64,000 bases of DNA, taken from a virus (Duplodnaviria > Caudoviricetes). Both the position numbers and the translations under genes were made by a program. The stretch covers positions 32,001 through 96,000 of the IMG/VR virus record IMGVR_UViG_3300009671_000009, one strand, 5' to 3'. Every line of letters begins with the position of its first letter. Positions within the stretch are counted from its first letter, which is position 1. Under the pieces are notes generated by a model. That model did not search any database. It worked only from the letters and a program-made list of their open reading frames with translations, and was not told the origin of the DNA. This document shows, one piece after another, positions 7,177 to 16,207 of the stretch.

Positions 7177-7632
7177 ATGAGTGACCAGAACTTGGCTGTT
7201 GAACGTCAAAAACAGGTCGATCCCCGATCTCTCGGATTGTGTAACATTGTGTTTGAACAACCGAGCAAAGATCAAAAAAGGGTTTTCCCGCACATCGCTG
7301 CCCAATTAAAATTCAGTCTCATTTTGAATGTGACTGATCCTGATGCCAAGACCGAAGACATGATCTTGGATGTTCAAGGATTCAAAATTACCCGCAGCAC
7401 CAAAGAAGAAACCTTTGGTCAGTTATTCTTGATTGGCCCAAACTTCCAATATGATAAAACTCGACCCCCGTTCTATCCGATCAACCGCCTTGGCGCACTT
7501 CAGACTGCATACTTACTTGAGAGATTTAAAGCTCAAGAGGCTTTGTGGAATGCGCAACCGACCTTGCCCGAAGACATGCCCTTAACTATTACTGTTAAGG
7601 ATAATGTTCCAGCGGGTGCTGCTTCTAATTAA
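7177..7632 (+). CDS. hypothetical protein, possibly SpoVG-like
   Basis: LDVQGFKI..GQLFLIGP..FYPIN loosely parallels the SpoVG IHDIKV..GLFIAMP..HPIN pattern. Confidence 0.45.
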   Translation: MSDQNLAVERQKQVDPRSLGLCNIVFEQPSKDQKRVFPHIAAQLKFSLILNVTDPDAKTEDMILDVQGFKITRSTKEETFGQLFLIGPNFQYDKTRPPFYPINRLGALQTAYLLERFKAQEALWNAQPTLPEDMPLTITVKDNVPAGAASN

Positions 7633-7647
7633 ATAGAAGCCCAACTC

Positions 7648-7679
7648 AAGGGACAAGTGAAATATCTTGTCCCTTTTTT
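7648..7679 (+). terminator. rho-independent terminator
   Basis: AAGGGACAAG/CTTGTCCCTT followed by a T-run. Confidence 0.75.
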
Positions 7680-7737
7680 AGTTGACAGAAGACTATCAAA
7701 GAAACAAGATAGCATAATATATTAAGGAGAGGATTAA

Positions 7738-7998
7738 ATGGATCCCATAACTCTATTGGTCATGGCAGGAGTTGCCTTTGGAGTCAACGTAGTATGTGAT
7801 AAGGTTGACTTTTTAAGGAATATTACTCACAGTCGAGTAATGAGTGCTTCCACCGAAGAGCTAATCAAACAACTCAAGGGAGTACAAACTAACCCCGAAT
7901 TATTTACAGCCATGGTAAGTAGCAAAGAAGGAAGAACACTAGATGAAACTACTTGTGGGTTTAACCCCCCAAAGGACAGCATTAACACTCAGCTTTGA
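7738..7998 (+). CDS. hypothetical membrane-anchored protein
   Basis: hydrophobic N-terminus, SD AAGGAG. Confidence 0.6.
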   Translation: MDPITLLVMAGVAFGVNVVCDKVDFLRNITHSRVMSASTEELIKQLKGVQTNPELFTAMVSSKEGRTLDETTCGFNPPKDSINTQL

Positions 7999-10900
7999 TT
8001 ACAATCCTGCCATCATTACTCGGCTCAAGAACCGAGTTTATGGGCGTGCATATGATGGAGATCTAAAATGCTGGGTGTTGCCATTAGCAAGCTTTGACGA
8101 TCTTGTTCAAGAGTTTGGAGCAATGATTGAATTAACTGTGCCATTTAAAGAAATAGTGGAGGCTATAGATAGTATTGCCCCAGTAGTTGGTACTGTTGAT
8201 ATGCAAGCAGCTCAAGTTTTAAAACTAAAACCCTATGACTATCAAATTATAGGAGGAGCGGCGTTTCTTCCTAATATTAAATGTGGAATACTGGCAGATG
8301 TGCCAGGGTTAGGTAAGTGCCTAACGCCTGACTCTCGCATTTACATGAATGGTGCTAATACTACACTTCAGCAAATATGGGATAGCTATGTACGAGAATT
8401 GTCTTTTGACGGAGAAGGATATTGGTCTTCTCCGTCAAAAGACCTGTATGTTCCATCGTTGGACAATGGCAAGTTAATATATTCTAAGGTTAAACGAATA
8501 TATCGACAATGGATAGATGCACCCATCAAAGTCATAAAACTCACAAATGGTTCTGTTTTGAGAGCAACATTAACTGAAAAATTATTCGATGGCTATAGCT
8601 GGAGCAATAATTTGCAACCTGGAGATTGTGTAGCTATTCCAAATGTATTGCCTGATTTCAAACACAATATTAATGCGCAGTCGCAAATCGTGAAACTAAT
8701 TGCATGGCAACTAGCTGAGGGACACGAAGCTTCCCATGGCCACAGTTTCAGGATATATCAAGATAATATTGATGTATTGAACCATATAGCAAGTTTATTA
8801 TCCTATTTGAATATTCAATTTGATATAAAGCATGAACCTGGGAAATGTCCATATATAAGAGGCCGTAGTAAAGAATATCATAATATAATGACTAGTTATG
8901 ACTACGCCTGGGGAGCCAAGTCTAAAGACAAAAGAATTCCTAGCTTTATTTTTAATTTGCCTGACAAACTGCTACGGACTTTTCTTTCGGTCTTTTTTGA
9001 CGCAGAATCAAATGTTAATGTGTCAACTAGCAACATGGAAATAACAAGTGCTTCTTCTGAAATAATATTTGGTATTAAACAACTCTTGCTTCGTTTTGGC
9101 ATTAAAATGAATACTGCAGAATACATGAAATGTGCCACTAACGGAACAAGAATTAAAAGAAAATATTACAGAGGATATGTCTCTGGAGAAGACCTTGTGA
9201 GATTTTATCATACTATAGGCTATTGCTACGAATATAAAATGTCTGCATTGTCAAAGGTAGCCAATAAAAAACATAATAGCAACATATATGTATATCCAAT
9301 TAAAAAAGCATTTGAGAACTTCACAGATTCTGTGAAGATTCCTCCAAGATATTTCAAGTACAGGAAAGATTACTTGACTACAAATAAACTACCTAGTATA
9401 GATGGCTTAAGAAAGATGTCAAAAGGTTTTGATTATGTATTGTCTGGAGAAGCTGAATCAGACTATAAGAAGCTAAAGCCTAGTAAATGGACAGTCAAGA
9501 CCTTGGAATCTTTCAAAAACGCAGATTACTTACAAATTGCCAACGTAAAAGATAAAATAAATCATTTTTTGCACAGTGACGTAGCATATGTACGAATAGA
9601 CTCAATAAGCTATGAACAATATTCTGGCTGGGTATATGATTTGGAAATAGAAAATACTCACAACTTTATTGCAGAAGGAATGTGTGTTCATAATACAATT
9701 CAGACATTTTTGGGCTTTGCTTCACTGTGTGAGCGAGGCTTAGCCCAAAAGTGCCTTGTCTTTTGCAAAGCAAACCTGAAATCGCAGTGGTTGTCAGAGT
9801 TAGAGAAATTTACTTCTTACAAAGGAATCAAAATCAAAGGAACACCAGAACAAAGGCTTGCTTTGTACGAGGAGGCAGCAAAACCTGAATATCAGTTTAT
9901 ATTTGTTAACTACGAATTCCTGATTCATGACAAAAAATATGTTAAAGAGTGCGAACGCAAGACCAAAGAAAATGAAAAGCTAAAAGCGGCAGGTAAGAAA
10001 ACTAAAAGAGCCGCGAAGGGCTTTGACGATTTCGAGAATCTAGAATATCTAATGAGGCAGTGTCAAGTCCTTGTAATGGACGAGGCCCAAAAAGTAAAGA
10101 ATGATTCATCTCAAATTCATAAGAATCTGTTTAAAATGGTATATGGCACGAAAACATATCCATCGATACCGCCAGAATACCGCTGGCTACTAACAGGAAC
10201 CCCAATTGAGAATGAACCTGAAGATATTTATAACTTATTTAAGTTTGTAAACCAGTCCGTACTTGGACATAATCCAAATACCTTCAAATACCGTTATTAT
10301 GAAGGAAGGTACCACGAAAAAGTAAGAAAAGACATGCTTAAAGACCTCAGTATGAGGATCGCACCGTATATGTTACGGAGAACCCAAGAAAATGTCAAAC
10401 GAGCGTTTCCTAAAGTCCGTATTGATGAAATGCTTCTAGACATGACAAATGATCAAATTATCTTACATGATATTCTTAAAGAAATTACTAGGGATCTTAT
10501 AGATGGTGTAAAACACCCTGAAATAGGAAACGATGATTATTCACCAATCGGGATATTTAGTTTGTTGCTAAGAGTTGCAGATAATCCTGATTTGCTATTT
10601 ACATCTGAAAGTGACCTGGCTAGAAGTCTAGCTAAGAAACATTTAAAAACTCCTGGGCATGAATGCCCTAAAATAGAATGGATATGCGATTACTTAGAAG
10701 CACGCAAACAATTTGAACCTGATGCAAAGACCATTATATTTACCAGAAGTGATGATATGGCACATCTTACACGCGAATCATTACTTCAAGGTACTTACAA
10801 AGACAACGATATCATCTTGTTTGTAGGAGGCATGTCCGAGAAACAGCGGGATACAGCAAAGGCAAGATTTTGGAAAGACGGAAAGATCTTTATATCAACT

Positions 10901-11182
10901 GATGCTGGTTCGGAAGGGCTTAACCTCCAATGTGCCAACGTGGAAATCAACATTGATCTTCCGCCTACTCCGTCAAGACTTGCACAGAGAATTGGCCGCA
11001 TTAAACGAGATCAATCTGAGTTTTCACATGTTAGGATTATTAATCTTATTTCAAAAGATTCTATAGATGAGCGAATCCTCAAAATAATCTATGATAAACA
11101 ATCTATTATTGACAGTGTCATTGAAGGTAATATTGCAGACATCAATCTTACGCAAAGCGTGCTTCTGGAACTACTGTCGTAA
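7943..11182 (+). CDS. SNF2-family helicase containing an intein
   Basis: ADVPGLGK|intein|TIQT, MDEAQ, LLTGTP, STDAGSEGLNLQ, QRIGRI. Confidence 0.9.
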   Translation: MKLLVGLTPQRTALTLSFDYNPAIITRLKNRVYGRAYDGDLKCWVLPLASFDDLVQEFGAMIELTVPFKEIVEAIDSIAPVVGTVDMQAAQVLKLKPYDYQIIGGAAFLPNIKCGILADVPGLGKCLTPDSRIYMNGANTTLQQIWDSYVRELSFDGEGYWSSPSKDLYVPSLDNGKLIYSKVKRIYRQWIDAPIKVIKLTNGSVLRATLTEKLFDGYSWSNNLQPGDCVAIPNVLPDFKHNINAQSQIVKLIAWQLAEGHEASHGHSFRIYQDNIDVLNHIASLLSYLNIQFDIKHEPGKCPYIRGRSKEYHNIMTSYDYAWGAKSKDKRIPSFIFNLPDKLLRTFLSVFFDAESNVNVSTSNMEITSASSEIIFGIKQLLLRFGIKMNTAEYMKCATNGTRIKRKYYRGYVSGEDLVRFYHTIGYCYEYKMSALSKVANKKHNSNIYVYPIKKAFENFTDSVKIPPRYFKYRKDYLTTNKLPSIDGLRKMSKGFDYVLSGEAESDYKKLKPSKWTVKTLESFKNADYLQIANVKDKINHFLHSDVAYVRIDSISYEQYSGWVYDLEIENTHNFIAEGMCVHNTIQTFLGFASLCERGLAQKCLVFCKANLKSQWLSELEKFTSYKGIKIKGTPEQRLALYEEAAKPEYQFIFVNYEFLIHDKKYVKECERKTKENEKLKAAGKKTKRAAKGFDDFENLEYLMRQCQVLVMDEAQKVKNDSSQIHKNLFKMVYGTKTYPSIPPEYRWLLTGTPIENEPEDIYNLFKFVNQSVLGHNPNTFKYRYYEGRYHEKVRKDMLKDLSMRIAPYMLRRTQENVKRAFPKVRIDEMLLDMTNDQIILHDILKEITRDLIDGVKHPEIGNDDYSPIGIFSLLLRVADNPDLLFTSESDLARSLAKKHLKTPGHECPKIEWICDYLEARKQFEPDAKTIIFTRSDDMAHLTRESLLQGTYKDNDIILFVGGMSEKQRDTAKARFWKDGKIFISTDAGSEGLNLQCANVEINIDLPPTPSRLAQRIGRIKRDQSEFSHVRIINLISKDSIDERILKIIYDKQSIIDSVIEGNIADINLTQSVLLELLS
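8318..9694 (+). mobile_element. intein (~459 aa) with LAGLIDADG-type endonuclease in helicase Walker A
   Basis: starts CLTPD, ends VYDLEIENTHNFIAEGMCVHN|T; internal WQLAEG and FFDAES blocks. Confidence 0.9.
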
Positions 11183-11319
11183 AAAGAGGCCAAAATTTGA
11201 AAAATTTTTGTAACAGATTTTCCGATTTTACAATTTCATCTGGAAATGAGGCTGAGGGCGATTGCTTTCAGCCTTCTTTGTTTTTGAAATCATTTATATT
11301 TCATAAGGAGGCGATTTAC

Positions 11320-11970
11320 TTGTTTAAGAAAGTGTATACAGCTATTGCAGTATTTATGCTAACCTTGTTGTTATCTATAGTCAGTTTTCATGGAAGTAAA
11401 CAACTATTTGTATGGCTTGCAGAAACGAACTGGATAATAGTAGGTTCTGCATTTATCGGAACAATTTTGCTTGCAATCTTATCTAATCTATGTTATAATT
11501 ATTTTGTAAAACACCGTGAGACAGTGACCGACGCGCTTGAAGGTTTTAAAAACGACATCTTAGTCGTATGGAATATAATTTCCAAATACTTCATGCCGCC
11601 TCAACTTAAAGGAACCTTAACTCATTTGTTTGTCTTTATAATTTTAGTAAACTTCTCTGTGGGTTCCGTGGTTGTAACCAAAAGCATTATCAATACTTGC
11701 GACATAGTAGCTAACTTTGACGCCAAACTAAAGACCATCGAGGATAGATATATTTCTCGACTGGATCGGCAGGAAGACGAGATTGAGTCTTTAAAGCAAT
11801 CCGACCATGACAAGGACATGGTAATTAATCAGATGAAAAAAGATATGGAAATTCTTAAGAGTGACAATCTTTCTCTGCTTAATACCGTCAAGAGAGCATT
11901 CAGCTCTGGTGATACAAAAAACTCCCCAAGCCGCCCCTATTTGGGCAAAACTCCCGTGGTGCTACAGTAA
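11320..11970 (+). CDS. membrane protein with coiled coil (0-frame product)
   Basis: SD AAGGAGG then TTG at 11320; 3 hydrophobic segments plus coiled coil. Confidence 0.7.
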   Translation: MFKKVYTAIAVFMLTLLLSIVSFHGSKQLFVWLAETNWIIVGSAFIGTILLAILSNLCYNYFVKHRETVTDALEGFKNDILVVWNIISKYFMPPQLKGTLTHLFVFIILVNFSVGSVVVTKSIINTCDIVANFDAKLKTIEDRYISRLDRQEDEIESLKQSDHDKDMVINQMKKDMEILKSDNLSLLNTVKRAFSSGDTKNSPSRPYLGKTPVVLQ

Positions 11971-12323
11971 GGTGGCGGCGTCCTGAGAATCTAATTGGCA
12001 GTTGTCATATAACTGCATACACTGTATGTGTAGAAGAATGTGGCAAAGACGATGGTATCACCTGGTCAGGCCGTAAAGGCGTACTCGCTATTAGTGGAGC
12101 GTTTGATGATACCTTCTGGGGTCAACATATCAAGCGCGGAGACTGGGTATATGTCGATGGGTTTGGATACATCCGCATGGACGACACAGGAGTAAAAGCT
12201 CCTTGGGGTGTCCAAGGCAGAAACAGGATAGACATACTTGTTGCCACTAAGCAACAAGCGTATCTGTTAACATCGATCCTGAAGAATGCTAAAGTGTGGT
12301 ATGTAGGCCAGAGAAATACATAA
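11916..12323 (+). CDS. 3D-domain (cell-wall-associated) extension in the -1 frame
   Basis: open -1 frame with ITAYTVCVEECGKDDGITWSG..MDDTG..RIDILV; no start codon before the domain; A-AAA-AAC at 11916-11922. Confidence 0.7.
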   Translation, partial: KKLPKPPLFGQNSRGATVRWRRPENLIGSCHITAYTVCVEECGKDDGITWSGRKGVLAISGAFDDTFWGQHIKRGDWVYVDGFGYIRMDDTGVKAPWGVQGRNRIDILVATKQQAYLLTSILKNAKVWYVGQRNT

Positions 12324-12328
12324 AAAGG

Positions 12329-12577
12329 ATGGTTATCATGGGTGCTCTAGTCGTTTTAGGTATTGTTTTACTTTTAGTTGCAAGGATAAGAGCCTGCAAC
12401 CATGGCGGTAGAGTAGCCAGGGCATTACATTCTTCTGATCCTGAGATCAAAGCTAAGGCGGAGAGATTTCTCACTTTTCTTGTAATTGTGGGAGCCCTCT
12501 GCCTAGTCTTCTATGTGTGGCCCCTGATACTTATCCTTGTGGCTGGCTATGTTATTTGGAAACTGTTAAGTGTGTAA
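12329..12577 (+). CDS. small membrane protein
   Basis: strongly hydrophobic segments. Confidence 0.6.
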   Translation: MVIMGALVVLGIVLLLVARIRACNHGGRVARALHSSDPEIKAKAERFLTFLVIVGALCLVFYVWPLILILVAGYVIWKLLSV

Positions 12578-12603
12578 ACTATCATGAAAGGAAAGATTTT
12601 TAA

Positions 12604-13611
12604 TTGAGTCTAAACATAGGTATTGACGTCGGATTTGGCAACGTCAAAGGAGAATCAGATCTTTGTAAGATCGATTTCTGCTCACAAATCGGAGAATTCT
12701 CTCCAGTTAAGTTTTCATCAGGAATGGAGGAAGCCACGGATCCAACGCTAAATATGGTAATAGAATACAATGGTAAGCGCTGGTTCGTAGGCCCGTCTGC
12801 TGTAAGACAGGCAGTTCCTCAGAATACAATCGAACATACACGTACCGTAACCGAGGAAGGTCAAATCCTAATGCTTTCTGCGCTAGGGATCTTAGCTGGA
12901 AATGAAACGCAAACTAATCTCGTTGTAGGATTGCCAGTCAAACAATATTCCGATCTCAAAGATCGGTACATAGTACAGGCATCTGGCACTCATGTATTTA
13001 GCTATCTCACTATGACTGGAGAGGTTAAAAGCAAGAAAGTTATTACTGTAAAAAACTTGAAGGTGCTACCACAGCCATTTGGAACCGTGTTTGATATTAT
13101 CTTAGATGAAAATGGCAAAGTTAAAGATCCTAAAGCAGCCACTGGCAAGATAGGCGTTGTTGATATTGGATATAATACCTTAGATTTGTTACGTGCTGAT
13201 TCATTACAGTATATTAACAAACGAAGTACATCCTTCTCTGACTATGGAATGTTTGCAGTTTATCGTGAACTGTCTTCGTTAATCCAAGACAGATACCATG
13301 TAGAGATTCCTCCAGAGAAACTCGAACAAATTGTTCAGCGTGGTACAGTTAATATTGCTGGAAGAACACAGCCTATTAATGATTTAAAACAACAAGCTTT
13401 TGAAACTGTAGCAAATGTAATTGCAAGCCGCATTCAATCTTACTGGCCTGATAACTGGGAGCTGGATAAGATTATTATCACTGGTGGCGGAGCAGTTCAT
13501 CTTGGTAGTTTCATATGTCCGTCGTTTGCACAAAGTGAAATCTCCAATGATCCCCTTTACTCCAACGTGAATGGCTACTACAAGTGTGCTCGTTTCACTT
13601 GGAGGGATTAA
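12604..13611 (+). CDS. parM: ParM/StbA-family actin-like ATPase
   Basis: IGIDVGFGNVK, VVGLP, VLPQP, VVDIGYNTLD, ITGGGA. Confidence 0.88.
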   Translation: MSLNIGIDVGFGNVKGESDLCKIDFCSQIGEFSPVKFSSGMEEATDPTLNMVIEYNGKRWFVGPSAVRQAVPQNTIEHTRTVTEEGQILMLSALGILAGNETQTNLVVGLPVKQYSDLKDRYIVQASGTHVFSYLTMTGEVKSKKVITVKNLKVLPQPFGTVFDIILDENGKVKDPKAATGKIGVVDIGYNTLDLLRADSLQYINKRSTSFSDYGMFAVYRELSSLIQDRYHVEIPPEKLEQIVQRGTVNIAGRTQPINDLKQQAFETVANVIASRIQSYWPDNWELDKIIITGGGAVHLGSFICPSFAQSEISNDPLYSNVNGYYKCARFTWRD

Positions 13612-13612
13612 T

Positions 13613-13972
13613 GTGGCAAAGCGCAAATGGCGTGAATCAGATCTAAAAATAGGATGTCGTCTACTTCCAGGTAGGGATGACGACATCCTAGAATACTTCT
13701 CTGAGGTTGGAAGAAACGAAAAGAGCTACAAGATCAGAGAGGCTTTAAGAATGTATACTAAGGTACAAATGGGATTAATGCCAATGCCAGGAGCACCACT
13801 CATAAGAGAACGGTGGCTACCACCAGTTAGCGATCCAAACAAAATGATATCAGTTGCTAATAACATTGTAGCAGCTAAGAATACTCCTATGATCACTGCT
13901 AATGAGGGAGAAGAATTGACTCCCGAACAAGTAGAAGCTAACCTATTTGGACTACTTAATTCATTTGAATAA
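13613..13972 (+). CDS. putative ParR-like DNA-binding adaptor
   Basis: directly after parM; RLLPGRDDDILEY..KSYKIREALRMY ribbon-helix-helix-like segment. Confidence 0.55.
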   Translation: MAKRKWRESDLKIGCRLLPGRDDDILEYFSEVGRNEKSYKIREALRMYTKVQMGLMPMPGAPLIRERWLPPVSDPNKMISVANNIVAAKNTPMITANEGEELTPEQVEANLFGLLNSFE

Positions 13973-14127
13973 GAAAGGGTGCCTTGACATGATATCGCTA
14001 GTACAGTTGCGTTTTCGTAATTGTATAATTATGATTGGTGTACTAGTAACTATCATCATGGGCACTCTTTTATTTTGCAAGGCATATTTGGTAATAAAAG
14101 AATATAAACAGGAGGTTGAACGACACT

Positions 14128-14582
14128 ATGATTCACTATCTAATTGGTGATACTACCCAACCCATTGGAGCTGAGCATAAATACATAGTACATATTGTCA
14201 ATGACATCGGCGCATGAGGCAAAGGTTTTGTTCTCGCCCTTTCAAAAAGATGGGCTAACCCAGAACAAGCCTACCGACGTGACTGGAAGTCGTATAGTCT
14301 CGGTCAAGTACAGCCTGTTTCTATTCCTGGTACTGATATAATTGTATGGAATATGTTTGCTCAGCACGGTATTTATACATACAAAGACCTACCACCAATT
14401 AGATATGTTGCCTTAGAAGCATGCCTAAATGTGGTCGTTTTCCAGATACAACAGTACATATGCCTCGTATCGGATGTGGGTTGGCTGGCGACGACTGGAA
14501 ACGTGTTGAAGAGATTATCAATAGCACTTTAGTAGCTAAGTGTATCGAGGTGTATGTGTATGACCTACCAAAAAAATATTAG
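14128..14582 (+). pseudogene. macro-domain (Poa1p/ADP-ribose phosphatase-like) pseudogene
   Basis: IHYLIGD..HIVNDIGA*GKGFV (TGA at the Trp position, 14215), then a frameshift before VHMPRIGCGLAG. Confidence 0.75.
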
Positions 14583-14732
14583 TAGAATCCTATACAAGAT
14601 TGCTCGTGGTACTAGAGCTGCAGAAGTCATCTCCACAGGCGATCCTAAAAAGATAGGAAAATACATTAAGAATGTTGCTCTTAGCAGCATAATTTGGAAC
14701 ATCATCAGAAGACTTAAGTAGGAGGAGACCTA

Positions 14733-15104
14733 ATGTATATTTTTCAGCAGCTACAGAAGTATGTTGAAGAACACGGATTAGAATTTACCGTAAGCCCAAA
14801 AGTTGCAGAGAAAAAAATCTTCGAAGAGATTGTTGTCGGAGGAAAAATAACAGACATAGTTCCAGACTTTTTACATATGGAACTAGGCCATAACTTTATT
14901 CAGATTGACGACGACATTTCCACAACAAGTCTTTATGTCATAAAGAGAATTTGTGATGAATACAGTGACATATTAGTTAAAGGCAACATTATTTTAGCAA
15001 AAGGGTATGTAATTGAAAAAAGAATTGAGGGAACCAAAACTGTTTCACGTCATGTTGCGGTTAACTCTATAGATGTGGTACGTGTAGTAAGTTCAACACA
15101 ATAA
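14733..15104 (+). CDS. hypothetical protein, possible OB-fold
   Basis: VVGGKITDI..GNIILAKGYV pattern; SD GGAGG. Confidence 0.5.
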   Translation: MYIFQQLQKYVEEHGLEFTVSPKVAEKKIFEEIVVGGKITDIVPDFLHMELGHNFIQIDDDISTTSLYVIKRICDEYSDILVKGNIILAKGYVIEKRIEGTKTVSRHVAVNSIDVVRVVSSTQ

Positions 15105-15121
15105 CAGTAGGAGGTGTGCAA

Positions 15122-15397
15122 ATGAGCAAAAAGAAAAATCAAGCTATAGTTACACTAGAACCTCATATAAGGTCTGCCGATGAGGTACTTGACGCTGCAA
15201 TTAAACGGTATAATATTGCTATTAATCATTTTAATTCTATTCCTAATGAACCTAAGCTAGTGGACTTGGCTTCATATGAACTTAATCAAGCCATTAATGA
15301 CATCCAGCTTGCTGTTGCCAAAGCAAAGGTCAGAGATGGTGACGAAGTAAAATCACGAATAATTAATTTCAATCAAAGCCATTTTCTGCCAACATAA
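15122..15397 (+). CDS. hypothetical helical protein
   Basis: ORF with SD GGAGGT. Confidence 0.55.
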   Translation: MSKKKNQAIVTLEPHIRSADEVLDAAIKRYNIAINHFNSIPNEPKLVDLASYELNQAINDIQLAVAKAKVRDGDEVKSRIINFNQSHFLPT

Positions 15398-15412
15398 AGG
15401 AGGGAATTACAC

Positions 15413-16138
15413 TTGGAAACTGAAAAAACTTTTCAAATAGTGGGCAAAGAATTTATCGTAGGTGGAGATATATTAAAAGTAAGGTTTTCGTTCTCCTATG
15501 GAGAAACGCCATATCTTAGAGTGCAAGTTATTAACATGGATGAAAACCTACGGGGAGCAGGAAGGTTACTTATGCACTCTGAACGTGATGAAACGTATTG
15601 TATTGCTTCTAATGCAAGTCCCGAGCTACGAGATAAAGAACTATTCTTGCCAGGTAGAAACAAAGAATGGGATGATAACTGTGTAAGCTTTACATATGCA
15701 AACATTGAAAAAAGGAATATTGCTCTCAATGCATTTGTTAATATGGTTAAAGCTATGAATGTCTGTGCGGCACCTATTGTTACTAAGATTAAAGACATGA
15801 CTACAGTTGAGGTCGGTGGCCCTAAACTAAGAGTTACATTTAGGTATTCCGACAACGACGAAATCTTAGTTGTTACTATCAATGAGCAAGATAATGATCT
15901 ACGGAATAATCTTGAAATAGAATACAATGGTTATCTATTAACTTCATGTAGCACTCCAGAAATTAATGGAGGAAATACACTATACGTCCGTGGTGACGAC
16001 AGAAGACGAGATCGAGATGAACCACGGTATCGTTATGGAAGTACGGAAAGAAGGCAAAACGCCGTTGACGCCTTCAAAAAATTAATTATGGAAGTCAATT
16101 ATCCATGGTTAAAGGCAGTTACCCTTGACAATCAATAA
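15413..16138 (+). CDS. hypothetical protein with two internal repeats
   Basis: repeated L(K/R)VxF..DxxLR..YxxxSxxxPE..L(F/Y)xxG units. Confidence 0.65.
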   Translation: METEKTFQIVGKEFIVGGDILKVRFSFSYGETPYLRVQVINMDENLRGAGRLLMHSERDETYCIASNASPELRDKELFLPGRNKEWDDNCVSFTYANIEKRNIALNAFVNMVKAMNVCAAPIVTKIKDMTTVEVGGPKLRVTFRYSDNDEILVVTINEQDNDLRNNLEIEYNGYLLTSCSTPEINGGNTLYVRGDDRRRDRDEPRYRYGSTERRQNAVDAFKKLIMEVNYPWLKAVTLDNQ

Positions 16139-16207
16139 GAGAGCTTAAAAAGAGAGCTTAACTAGCTCTCTTTTTATTTTCATTAAGATTTGGAGGTGTT
16201 GAATAGA

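Noticed and set aside
14128-14582. TGA read-through in the macro-domain gene
   Set aside because: A separate frameshift downstream indicates a pseudogene
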